From Lama guanicoe (lineage: Eukaryota): a stretch of DNA of 64,000 bases. The notes under the pieces are model-generated. The model was not told the origin of the DNA. It ran no database searches and was given only the letters and a program-made list of their open reading frames with translations. Positions 41,325-54,145 of the stretch are shown piece after piece (the first letter of the stretch is position 1; every line of letters starts with the position of its first letter). The stretch spans positions 6,623,220 to 6,687,219 of the forward strand of contig MU054323.1 of the NCBI GenBank assembly GCA_013239625.1, in the 5' to 3' direction. Position numbers and translations under genes: made by a program.

Positions 41325-41540
41325 TTGAGATAAACAACAAGGTCTTACAGTATAGCACAGGGAACTGTATTCAATATCTTATAGTAACCTATAAAGGAAA
41401 AGAATCTGAAAAGGAATATATATATATATATATAAATATATAATTTATTTACATATATATTTATAACTAAATCACTTTATTGTACACCTGAAACTAACAT
41501 AACATTGTAAATCAACTATACTCCAATTTAAAAAATGTAA
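41325..41540 (+). mobile_element. L1 3' end (cetartiodactyl type) with (TA)n
   Basis: gataaacaacaaggtcttacagtatagcacagggaact...cacctgaaactaac...cattgtaaatcaactatactccaat followed by an A-rich tail. Confidence 0.9.
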
Positions 41541-44500
41541 AATGCAAAAGGCAGGGAAAAGACAGGGCACTGGGCTGCCCACTGGGCTCTATTTATACCA
41601 CATGTATTTCATGAGTGTTTACAATGTGCCAGGCACTGGTGGTGAAGATCCTAAAATGAACAAACTGACAGGATTTGGCTATCCCAGAGGGCCTAGAAAA
41701 ACAGTAGTCATGCAAAGATTTCTACCTGGAAGTTGCATTTGAAGTGAGGTTCCAGCCATTATCTTCTATGAAAGACTATTCCTAAATTGGTATCTTGTAT
41801 CTTCTTTGAGGAAGTGAGGAGAGTTAATGTTACTCTTAACCTGCCCTAACAGTGAGGCATCTGCCCCCACTCCCTGTTCATCCTCACCACATACAATGCT
41901 TCTCAGCTTCCTGAATATTTCTGAGGTTTTGATGTATAAACCACACGTTAGATGGATCAGGGCAAAGGCGCTTGCATTTGAATCCTTTATCATTCTGCCT
42001 TTTATGGCCTGAACTACTTCGTGGAAGTGCACTTCTGGCTGATAACCCAGCTGGCTGGCTGCATATTGTGGTTTTCCTGTGGGAGCGGGAAGGGAAAGTG
42101 AGGAGGGCGAGGCAGCAGCAGTGTAACAGGAAAGGAGCTGTTCACAGACATCCAGCCTTGTCCTCAGGATGGTCTTAAGTCCCTCCACCTGCCACAGCAC
42201 ACAAGGGGAAGTATTTTTCCATGAAAAGCTATACCTGTCAGGTTGGATGTTTCTAACACACATTCTCTCTTGAAGTACTTTGTTTTCTCTGCTTACCTGC
42301 TCCGATCCACCTGACATAGTTCTGTGCACAACCAAATTTAGGCTGAAAGGAATTTGGAGGTCTTTCTTACACAAGGTTTGGACTTTGGGCTGCTGAAGGA
42401 AAAAAAAGAAACTTTTCTGAGGAGGAAGGCTCAGAGGGAGCCAGAGAACATATCCCAAACAGATTATAAATACCAGGAGGTCTACAGAAAATTGGGAAAA
42501 CCCATAATCAAACAGCGCCTGGAAAACTGAAAAGGCAGCACTGAGAAGCAGCAGCTGGGAACAGAGGAGGAAAGGGTCAGTGAATTCGGGAGACAGAGGC
42601 CAGAGAGTTTTTGTGCATTTTCATGGCCATGCCAGGCTCATTTTAAGGCAAGGATAGAAGGACTTAAGGAGATGGGCTGTGACCTTGGAAACGATTTTGG
42701 ATTTTGTACCAGGAGTCACTGCGTTGGATGTTAAGACTGAGGGAGAGGGAGGAACTGAGGAATCAACTGATGGTGACATTTATAGAGGTGAGGAATTTTA
42801 GACAAGGACCAGGGTCCTTGATCCTGAAAGTGAATCCAAAGAATTTCATTTTTCTTTTAAGTTTGAATTGTATTTAGATGCAGGAATCTGAAACTCAGAG
42901 GAGAGGTTTGGGTTGAAGAAATGAATTTGAGAGTTGTCAACACATAGATCCCTAAAGCCACAGGAATGGATGCAATCATCCAGGGAGAGGGTGTAATACT
43001 ATTATTATCTACATTTTAAAAGAAGAGAAAACTAAGGCGTGGGGTGGGGGTTAAGTAACTTGTCAGATATACCCATTCTGCCACCAGTGAGTGATGGAAC
43101 CAGGATCCAAACCAAGGCCCGTAATGGATATCGAAAGTGGTTGTTGTTATTTTTGTTGTTGTTGTTGTGGCATTATTTCTTGTTGAGGTTAAGGGCTTGG
43201 CCCCATTACATTTATGTAAAACCAGCTTAGCACCCTAAATAGCCCTATAAAAAAACTCTGTGATGATATTCCAGTGCCCTGGGAAACTCCTAGGCTCTGC
43301 CTCCCACCTGTCGTTCTAAACTGCTTGCCTTGTTCTGGGATCTCAGATCCTGTTCCATTGCCCAGCACCTGGTTGTTTCTGCCTCTTTGCCCAGATACTT
43401 TGGCCTCACACTTCAGTGGGACTTGCTGTTTGGCATCCCAGCTTTGTCCATGGATGCTGTCTTTCCTTTGGCTCCATCAGTTACAGTCTGAGGCCCAGCC
43501 TTGCCTCATCTCTGAGCCTAGTCTTGGATTCCAGATCCTTAAGGCAAGTATGGTTCCCTAGGTATTTGCTTGTTTGGGAAGAGGATCTCTGTCCTTTAAA
43601 ATATATTCTTTCCATGAAAAGCATCCTAGGTTTATTCTTCTTACTTTTTCTTATTCTGTCTTGTTTTTCCAGACTTGGGCTAATTGAGGAAAATATCTTC
43701 ATTCCATTATCTTCCTGTTTTTCATTTCCATTCCTCCCTTACAGGTTTTAAACTTTTTTTAAACCTACTTTTACCTCCTTCTTGTTTCCAAATGTCCTGG
43801 TTTCCAGGAAGACCTTTCATCATTTCACTGTTGTGTATTGCTCTCTCTCACATCATGTCTGATTATTCCTAGCTTCATTACTTAAACAAAAAAGTGTTTA
43901 AAGCTCATTGCTACTTTTTGACAGTGACCAATTCTAGCTCTTGCTTTTGCCCGGAGATGTCTTCTCACAATTCACAAATATTGTTTGGGTGAAGACCAGG
44001 TATTTAATCATACTTTCCCTCCATTACTAAGTGCAAGGTGAGCTGCAGATGGAACATACTTACTGGCTGTTTATGGTCAATATTCATTCAGGTTGTCCAG
44101 TAGCCATGCTGACCAGTTATTTCATATTTTAAAGATCACCCAGGCTAAAATACTACCACTTTTAGAATAGAGACAAACTGAGACTGACACCTGTTAATTT
44201 AATCAGCCGGAGACTCATTGATCCGAAATGTCAGTTTATAGGACTCTTGGTGGCCCACTGACTTCTACATTCTTTCCAGAAACTGTGTGATGAAATAAAC
44301 TCAGCAAACATTCCAAACAGAAGGTTTATTGGCCTTCCTTGTTGGGGATTAATACTGCTACTACTACTCAAGGGAGAAGATTTCCCTATACCTTTGTCCA
44401 GTGATTCTCACCCGGGGCGTTCTGGACCCTTGGGGGAAACACAAGAATCTTCAGGTACAGGGAGGGGATTGTTTGAAAAACACATTCAAACTAAATATTC

Positions 44501-47500
44501 TTTCATATTTGAAAAATAAATGAGAGGCCTTTTGTTTTCACATTCAAACTAAAGAAAGTATGGGCAAATGCAGGAAATAAAATAATCTCAATAGGGAGGG
44601 CAGGGAGGGAGCAATGTTTTGTACATTTTGTTGTTTTTGTTGTGAACCACAACAAAATAAGAAATACAATTATGTCTCAATTCAGTACACATTTGTGTGT
44701 GTGTGTGCCCATGTGTGTAATTAAAACAAAACCATTTAAAACAGTGCTTACTCTTGTCTTTTCAACTGCTGGTCATGACCAACTAAATTGATTTTATGAT
44801 CCCCAGTTTGAAAAACATTTCCTTTAGGTGATAATGTCAGAATCTTGGGAGAAGGTAACATTTTTAAGTTTATTGGAAAAGACATTTTTAAAGAAGTTGT
44901 CCATGTCCTTGAGTTTGCAGACTTATCTCTTTTTTCTTCTCTCCAGGGTCCTTATTTTCTTTTATCCCAACTTGCACAATGAGTGAAAATATATAACCAG
45001 TTTACTCTACACAGTGAGTGTAGAGCTCCTAGGTTACATACTACGCAGAGTTGATCTATTGTAGGTACATGGTTTCACTGTTTAAGCTTAAACTTCTCTA
45101 ACAGCCTATCAAGGTCTTAATTAATAAATTGATCATTAATAAAAACAGAATTAATTAATTAGCTTTATCCCATGATTTTTAGTTCTATTGGGTAACTTTT
45201 ACCCCCTTAATCTAAATGAAGGTCCAGTTCTGAGCTCATCGGGCTCATAGGGGAGCAAAGTCCCATTTTCCCTACATAGTTGAGGCCTCACCCTCCCATA
45301 CAGGATGGGTCACATTCCACTCAGCCTCCTGAAGTCCTAAGCAGTGATACTCTCCTGACCACCCCCCACCTCCACACACACTCATCAACATCTCCTGCAG
45401 CTGGTCTCTCTTGCTGGCCTTCCTCTTAGTCTGCTTTATAAGTCAGCCCTTTTATAAGAGTGACTTTCTAATCTTTCCTCCTAGTTCCTGATCCCACAGC
45501 TCCTGTGTCCCACCCATCCTTCCCTTCCCCAGAAGGCAAGAGCCTAGAGCAGGTGTATCACGTACTTTGTCCATCAAATACCTGCATATTTTCTTGAATC
45601 TAGTTTGATACTGTGATTTTTCCTGGTGTAAACCAACGAGATATGGAGAAGGAGGGCCAACTGTGTACAAAGGCCCTGCCTCATTAACTCCTTAATTTGT
45701 GCCCCCACATTGGCTGTTATCTGCTCTCTCTACTTGGATATTATGCCAACATCTTAGCATATGTAAAACTGAATTTCTTGTATTATCCCTCAAACTATAT
45801 CCCTTTCCAGCTTTTCTACTGACAATGATGAAAACGATGATGGTGAACTATGCTGCCTTCTCCTCGTCCACTGTGTTTTCTCGCATAAATATCATCTTAT
45901 TTATGCCTCCCCCAAACATGATGAATTTGATAGAGGCATTTTACAGATGAAGAAACTGAGCCAAGAGAGGATAAGCAACTTGTTCAAAGTGGCAGACAGC
46001 TCTTCCAACTCTCAGTTCAGTGCTTTAAGCTCTAGGCCTATGTGGCACTTCCAGCTTGTAACCTCATGGTTGCTTCTGTTCCTTTTCCTCTGTCACAGTC
46101 CCACATCTAACCCATCAAAGGTTCTCCTGATGGTGCTTCTGCAATGTCTCACACTTGCCACTATCAAAGCAGTTAAAGAACTACCTCCTGGAGACCCCCG
46201 TCTGCTCATTCCTCATGGGAAAGTACATTTCCCATGCTTCTTTTCTTCTCTAATTCATCCAGAAGACATTCATTTGGACTACGATGTTTATTTTGCATAT
46301 TTTTTCCCTTTCATGTTTTCTTCTCTCTGTCCCATGTGCATTTTGAGGCCTAATTCCAGCTTCCTCTCAGGACTGAAATGAGGGTCTTAGATACAGGAGC
46401 TGTTAGGACAGAGGCATCACCCTTAGTGACACCCACACCCCATTTGAAGAGTGCATATCTGTGCATAATTGGGAAAATCATATGTGTAATATGTACATGT
46501 GCAGATATGTTGCTCTCATGACATCACTGCCTCGTGGCCTACTTCAGCTTCCTATTTCCTATTTTGGAAAATTCAAAATGGGCCCTACATCCAAGACTGT
46601 CTGTTAATCGTGAGTTTTCTGACCTTGTCCTAGATACCAAAGTAATGCAGCACTTAAACCATCTGTCCCAAGATTCAAGGGTGCATGTGGCCAGGGCCTC
46701 CCTTCAGGGGATAGGTGATGGATCTATTAATTTCTGGGATGCCAGAAGTATCCCAAGGAATGTAACAGAAACCAACACTTACTGTGTATCTTCTTGATGC
46801 CATCACCAAGTCTGGTGTTTTGTCCACTTTCTCTCATTGAATGCCAGCATCAACCCTGCAAAGCAAGTAAGGAAGGAGTAGGGGGCCGGGAGGTGAAGAA
46901 GGTTCTGGCTTGACTGCTAAGCTGGGACTCAGGAGTTCTGACAGGGCTATGAATGCTGAAAAGCTGATGGGAAGTGTCCTTTTTGCTTGAAGAATCAAGG
47001 AGGTCCCAAGAAGCAACCCATTCTAAGGAGAGCGGGGCAAATTTGGGTGAAAGCGGGAGGGATGTTTTGAGTATTGTAAGCTGTTTGTCACTAATACTAT
47101 CTGCTGACTCTGCTCTGGGGACTCCTGCCTTAGTCCTAGGGAGACTGAACAAGAAGCAGAGACAAACAAAGCCATTTCACTTGAAAGATATTAAGGTGAG
47201 AGATTATGACCTGAGATACCCTTGCTGGACAGCTCATGGCAGAGTGCAGCCCACGGGGCTCTGGAGGGGCTGTGGGAGCAGAAAGCACACAGTGACCTGG
47301 GAGCATGAAGGCACTGGGCACCTGCAGCCTCAGTCCAGGCCTTGACCACTGGGCAGCAGATTCACCCCAGGTGCCAAGGCCAGAAAACAGGGAAGCGAGA
47401 GATTTCCTGGGCTGCTTGGATGACTATAATTTTTAAAAGACTGCTGATGAGACAACATTGTCTCCATGTAACATGTCCCTTTCCCACTCCCAGAGCTATT

Positions 47501-47844
47501 TGAGAGGAAATCAAAGAGGCCTATTTCACAAAAACTATTTTTTGTTGGCATATTTTTAGTCACTGCCCAGTGACTGGCTGGTATGGCCTGAAAAGCTGAT
47601 CACAAAACATATTTCCATCTCTGTTATATAGATGAGAAACTGAGGCTCAAGAAATTTAAGTAGCTTGTCTAAATTAATATGATTAGAAAGTGGCAGAGCT
47701 TGGGTTAGAATTTGGGTCTTCTCGATGTCAAAGTTCACACGCTTTCCACTTTATTATTTATTCAACAAACATTTATGGAGGGCCTACTATGCGTCAGGCA
47801 TGGGAGGCAATACGAAACATTCTGCCCAGATGAACCTCATAACC

Positions 47845-48205
47845 AGTGGCAGAGAATGATAACTACTCACCAAAATTCATGGTCTCCTCTTCCTGGACTC
47901 AAAGCTAGACTACATTTCCCAGCTTCCTTAGCAGTGAGGTCTCCAGCCTGCTGAAAGTGAGTGGAAATGATGAGTGATACTTCCAGGCCTGGCCCATAAA
48001 AACCCCCCTCCCAGGCTTCTCCATGCTGAGTTGACTAGTGCAACATTGGAAGCCATGTGTGGAAAATGGCAGAGCTGCCTCTGCTGATGAGGAACATATG
48101 ATTCAGTCTGTTATGTGAACAAGACATCAATTTATATTGTGTTTGAGACATTATACATTTAGGGGTTTATTTTTTACAGCACTCCCTAGATCTTCATTAA
48201 CACAT
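47845..48205 (+). mobile_element. MLT1-type solo LTR
   Basis: gctagactacatttcccagcttcctt...ttccaggcctggcccataaaa...ggaagccatgtgtggaaaatggcagagc. Confidence 0.7.
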
Positions 48206-49906
48206 ACTTCTACATGAATACTGCCTAGAATGGTTTTCTTTTTAGCAAAAGAATGAAGATAAACTTTCCTCCTTTTTAAACTAAACTAATTCCTAAAGGC
48301 TAGTTTGAAAAACTCATGGTGTTGGATGGAAAACAATCATCTGCTGGCCAGAAGAGGCTCCTCTTGGCTGAATGGGCAACACCAGGGACTCACTCGAGAG
48401 AGCCTGCCTTCGTACAGCGTTGCCCACAGCTGAGGGGGTAATTCTCACTAAGTCTGGCTCTGTTTAACCATCCCCCTTTGCAAAAAGACTTGATGCTACT
48501 ACACTCTCCAACCTGGCCTTTCTCAATTATAGTAAAGGCAATATCTTAACTTCCCTTTTACTTCTCAATTTATCCAGAACTCAGGTTGGGAAGGTGTTTG
48601 TTATTTATTGGGTCCCCTCACAGATTTCTGGAGAAATAAGTAGTCAGTGATTATATTATGATGATCATTGCATAAATAAATCTTCACAGCTGAACCCAAT
48701 GAAATACTATGATTATGTTTTGTTTCTAGTACAATTTTTTCCCGAGTTAACTAAAAGCTATGTTTTTTTTTGTTTAAATTCTTTTTAGTTTTCTATGAAC
48801 CTACCACTATTTTTTCCAGTTACTACAATTTCTCTGTCAAGGAATTTTCAAACGGTATGCTTAAAGTGCTAGCCATAAAAGTCAATAAATTGAAAAGCAT
48901 TGAAATTAAGGACCTTCAAATCATGTCTTGATACGTTATGCTTTCTAACTCTGGTTCTTCAGTACTACTCATTAGATTTTTCTAAAATACCATTGTATTG
49001 GCCTCTGGCCTCTGGGCTTCAGTGATCCTCTTCATCAACTGCCTATTGTCCAGAATGTTTCCATCCTCTTAATGGCAGCCTCCCTACTCTGGACAAGGCA
49101 TCCATAAAGCTCTTGTGCTATATTCTGGGTTCCAAGGCATTGCTTCGCCCCTCCCTTTCAGACCCTGCCCTCCCTCAGCACCTCCAGGTCACTCTGGTTT
49201 CCTCGTAACTAGTTCTGCCTCTCTGATTCATTTGTCTAGATCCTAGCCATGCCTCAGTTTGCTCTGTCTTGATCTTCCTCCACCACGCACTTTGCCGTCG
49301 CACATGCCAATCCTGCCTTCCCTCTTACCCTGCCTCAATTCCCATAACCCAGCAGGATTAATATCTGAGGTCTCCTAGTTCCCAAAGGGAGTTAGGACAA
49401 GGATCAAGTCCTGAGGCCTAAGACTGGCATTCAAAATTCTCCAAAATACTGCATATTTTCTTTCTACGAGCATGCCACTCTAGCTGGAACAATTATTTAC
49501 TCTCTTGCTAATAGGAAATAAAGCATTCCCAGCTCTCTGCCTTTGCTTACATTGTTCTCTGTCCCAGGAAGGCCCCTACTTCTCTCCCTGTCAGAATCCC
49601 AGCCATCAAGCACCCTACATATGTGCTGGACAGCCGCTGCCCACAATCCCCTCCTGATTGTCTAGATACTCTGCCGTGCCCGCCTAATCTCTACTACTGG
49701 TTTTCAAGCAGTAGTGAAGGTAGTGAGTATGTCTTAGACGTTTTTCTATACTATCCTTTAAAATATTGGTGCTGAGGTCCTACTCTGTGAAGGGGACACT
49801 TGGGGGACACAAAGAAATAGAAGACTTAGGTCCTGTCTTTGGTTGTAGCCTCACTGGGGAGACTGTCACTGTAGCCCACGCACATTAGGCCTGCAATAAG
49901 TACCCG

Positions 49907-50306
49907 TTCACGTTAGTCTTCTAGGGCTGCCATAACAAAATGCCACAGCCTGGGGGGCTTAGACAACAGAAATTAATTTTCTCACAGTTCTGGAGGCTGC
50001 ATGTCCAAGATCAAGATGTTGACAGATTGTTTTCTTCTAAGGCCTCTTCCCTTGGCTGGGAGATGGCCTCCTTTTCACTGTGTCCTCACGTGGTGCTTCC
50101 TCTGTGCATGTGCGCATCCCTGGTGTCTCTTAGTGTGTCTAAATTCCTCTTCTTATAAGGACCCCAGTCAGGTTGGATTAGGGCCCATGCTTACAGCCTC
50201 TTTTTAACTTAAGCATTTCTGTAAAGGCTCTTCCTCCAAATACAGTTACATTCTGAGGTACTAGGGGGTTAGGATTTTAGCATACGAATTTGGAGGTGGC
50301 CATAAC
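49907..50306 (-). mobile_element. MLT1A/B-type solo LTR
   Basis: tagggctgccataacaaa...ctcacagttctggaggctg...tcttataaggac...ggattagggccc...cattctgaggtactagggggttagga. Confidence 0.88.
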
Positions 50307-50364
50307 CCTGTTGAATAGCCCGTAACCCTGTTGAAAGATTGGGTAATCGTAATCCTGTGGAATA

Positions 50365-50781
50365 TTCATAGTAGCCAAAAGGTGGAAACAACCCAGATGT
50401 CCACCAATGGAAGGACAAATAAGCAAAATGTGGTATATCCAGACAGTGGACTATTAATTCAGCCATAAAAAGGAATAAAATATTGACACATACTACAAGT
50501 TGGATGTACCTTGAAAACATTGTGCTAAGTGAAAGAAGCCTGACACAAAAGTCCACAAATTATACGATTCCATTTATATGAATGCCCAGGGAAATTCACG
50601 GACAGAAAGCAGATTAGTGGCTACTTAAGCCTGGCAGTGAGATTAGGAGTGGGGACAGCTGGGAGATAGTGAAAGGGGTTAGGGTTCCTTTTTTGAGGTG
50701 ATGAAAATGTTGTAACATTGTGGTGATGGTTGCATATATCTGTAAATATACTAAAAACCTTTCATTGTACACTTAAAAAAA
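50365..50781 (+). mobile_element. 5'-truncated L1 (L1MB-like) 3' end with 14-bp TSD
   Basis: ggaaacaacccagatgtcc...tgctaagtgaaagaagcc...ttgtacactt plus A-tail. TSD aatcctgtggaata at 50351-50364 and 50782-50795. Confidence 0.9.
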
Positions 50782-52348
50782 AATCCTGTGGAATAAGTTA
50801 CACCTTCCATAGGAGGCTAAACAATGTGTCAATTGCCTGTAGTTGTTGACTAATGCATTCCTGGATTTTCAAAGGCAGTCCACCAGGTGTGCTGCCTTTG
50901 GTGTTACAGCACAAAATACAATATAAGACACAAAGAAGACATTTCCTTAAGCAATGAATCGAAGCGTATCATCTCTGTATTTGGTTTTCCATCTTTTAAA
51001 ATTAGGTGGAGTCTGTAATGACCCACAGGAAACTCAGGTGATTATAATCTTATCTCTGAGTAGAATCATCAGCGTGCAACTTCTTGAAACTTAGTGTTCA
51101 ACCATTGGTCCTCTATGTGGTAAAATTTTCTTTGAGTCTTTTCTGTGGTAAGTCTTGTCAAGAACTGAGTCTGTTACGTTCATGACCAGGGTGGATGGGA
51201 GATATTGGGGATAACTGTAGGCTAGTGAAGGTAAACAGCACACGGATTAGCTAAGGGCAGGCCTCGTCCAGGAGCGGCTGGCTCAGGACTTAGAGTCAAT
51301 AAAGCAGAGATTAAAGCAAGTGGCCAGGATCACGGTTTGCTGAAGTCTGAAGGACAAAGTTGAAGAAACAGTGAGTAAAGTTCTTCTCTACTGGACAGAG
51401 AAGCCTCAGGCTAAGAATTTGTGGGGAAGACATTGTTTTGAGAGCATGCAACACTTTCCCTTCCACTCAGTAGAACTGCCTTTTAAAAACAGCACTATTG
51501 TTCTCTCAGCACCATCAATAAAAACACGGTCATGCAGTCCTGATTGTCAGTGTGCACAGGCAGCTCTGTGGGTTGCTGAGGGCTGGTCTGTTGGCTTCCG
51601 TGTCATACCAGTTGTTAAATATGTTCAGTATCACCCTTGTGCATATCTATGTTTTTTTTATTTATCTTTTTCAGTAGAATTTCTATCAAGGGCACCAGCT
51701 ACTCTGCTATTCAGTGTCCTCATATAAAGATTTACATGATAAATTTCACTTGGCATTCAGAACTCAGAATGATAAATAACTGTATGCTGTAGAATACAGT
51801 TCCAATTAACATCAGCACTGAAGTCACCAGAACTGTCAGTTTCTCTATATGGCAGTGACTGCTGACAATTTGTCTTGGTTTCCCAGATGTCATCCAGTAC
51901 ATTGGCCAAAGAGGCCAAAGCAGGCATCTGTGTTATATTTCAGCCTCCTTCTTGCCTTTTTTTTTCTTCTTTTATTTGGACCTGAACTTTTGCTACTCAG
52001 TACATAAGTGCAGCATTGGGGGGGGGGATGGTTCCCTTATTATTCATTCATTTGTTTATTCCTCCAACAAATATCATAGAATTCCTACTCTGTGTCAAGT
52101 ACTGGACACAATGGTGAGCAAAATCTGATATGGTCCTTGTCCTCACGGACTTCAGAGTCAAATAGTCATGTCCCCACTTGTGGCTTTTATCTCATCCCTA
52201 TTCACTTCCCTCAAACCTTGCTTGGTCAACTCTTTTTCTTTTTTGCAACTTCAATCTTTTCTAATAAATGATCTTTCCCTCTGTCTACCAACATGTCACA
52301 TCTCCCTTCTACTGAAATGATAATCCTCTTGTGTTCATTGAAATTCTT

Positions 52349-54145
52349 TTTTTTTTTTTTTAGATTGGAAACCATGAACTTGTATTGACACCAACTACAT
52401 GACTGTTCTCAGTAGCCTTATGGAAATGGATAAAGTGGCTTGACCCAAGATGACATTGATTAGACCTAGTAATGTTACTGTTAAACAAAACCAACCATAT
52501 TCCCCCCCCCAAGGTAGCTTGAGGGTTCAAAATGGTCACAAAGTAGTATTACAGATAAAACACTTAAAATTTTTTGATCCAGGTTTTATTATATCCTCCT
52601 ACAATCAAAAGGTATCCAACGAATACCAATTTCCCAATCCTAGCATTACTAGTTTACAAACCTTAAGGCTAGTAATTCCCTTCTCACCTAATGTTCAATT
52701 TTCATCAGTTTTAATACATAGCAGTGTAAATAACATTACTACTTTGCATGAAATTCAGTATTCTAGAGATCCCAGTTATTTATGAGATTGAACCAGGAGC
52801 TTCCACCTTTTATGTGATCAATGGTACCACGGAGGCCAAGGCAATTTAACCAGATTTTGTTTGATTTGTGAGAACTCTCTGGCAACAGGTTTACTCAATT
52901 CTCTTAAAAATGGTGGCATTCTTTCTTTCCTCCTTTCAGAAGTGGCAGTTACATAAATGGAATAGTAGATGACATCTAAAAATGTGGGCCCTTAGTGAAC
53001 TTTTTTTCCACATATGGTAAAGGATCAGGACACCTCTCACATTTCCAAGGAAAATCCAATTTTAAAAGTTTGTCTTTGCCAAACTCCATAAGACAGCCAC
53101 TTTAGAGTAAACCAGCAGAGCATTGCATCATCCAAAAAGCTGTAGGTTTCATCACATGCACCAACAAATCTACAGGGCTAATTTCTGCACTTCCTCTTTA
53201 ACAGAATTTATTTTACATCTATTGTAGCAAACAGCATTTTACACACTGACATATAAACTCCCTAATAAGATAAAGCAAAGACAAAAGCATTTCTCTTATT
53301 AGAAACAAGATACACCGTCACTTAGTCTTTAAACATTATTGCACTTTTAACTTTCATAATTTAACAATGCATTCAGGAAACAACATGCAGACAACTAATT
53401 TTTAACAGACAAATTAAAAACCACTTTTAAGCAGACATGAATGTCTTAAATTGTTTATTAGGTAAGAATTTTACAAACATTACTTATATCAGCGGTAAAG
53501 GTGGAGCTGGAGAGAATTGCGCCTTCTCAAAACTGCACGGCGAGAACCACCAATTGTGTGGTGAAGCTTGTGGCCTTTTCCAAGCCCAGGGCTCTTTCGG
53601 TCTGCTGATGTCAGCCCTCGCATCTCCCTGTGCTTGTGGACTGGTTTGGTGATCCACTGGGTGTCAGGATTTCTTCTGATAGCTTTATGGAATGGATCAA
53701 TGAGGATAACCTCAAAGAATTTGTATGTAGAATCTTCACCAACCCAGTAAGAATTCAGGACCCGCAGAGCCCCACAGTGGCGTCCAGCTCGCTCCTCGGT
53801 GACAGACTGAAGGCTCCGAGCAAACTTCGGGTGGTTAACACCATGGTGGACAGTCTTGCCGTAGGTAGCACCCTTAGGAACGGGGCGTTTGCGGCCACCA
53901 CGGCGCACACGAATCCAGTATGTGACGTAACCTTGCTTGGCCTTGCATCCCAGTCGGCACGCCTTATCGGACCGGGTAGGGCGGGGGCCCTGTGCAGGGC
54001 CGAGAGCTGGCAGTATTGCCAGCAGCGCACCATGAGAGGAAAGCGCATGACATCGCACTGCTTCTTCCTCCATAGCTCCCGAATGTACTTGTAAGCACCC
54101 ATCTCGGCTCACCTGATGGCTGCCACCAAACGAAAAGGAAAAGGC
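52349..54145 (-). pseudogene. RPL15: Processed (retro)pseudogene of 60S ribosomal protein L15 (eL15); full-length mRNA copy
   Basis: CDS remnant 54102->53489 (614 nt vs 615 for 204 aa plus stop): MGAYKYI...ALHRAP, then a 1-nt deletion in the C-run (+ strand G5 at 53983-53987), then RPTR...LQLHLYR*. No introns. 5'TOP tract at 54144-54133; poly(A) seen as T15 at 52347-52361. Perfect 18-bp TSD gtgttcattgaaattctt at 52331-52348 and 54146-54163. Confidence 0.98.

Noticed and set aside
53630..54094. 154-aa plus-strand ORF
   Set aside because: Antisense shadow of the GC-rich RPL15 coding sequence.
53755..54102. Functional RPL15 gene
   Set aside because: Intronless, with a poly(A) remnant, a TSD, a frameshift and many non-conservative changes in a normally near-invariant protein.
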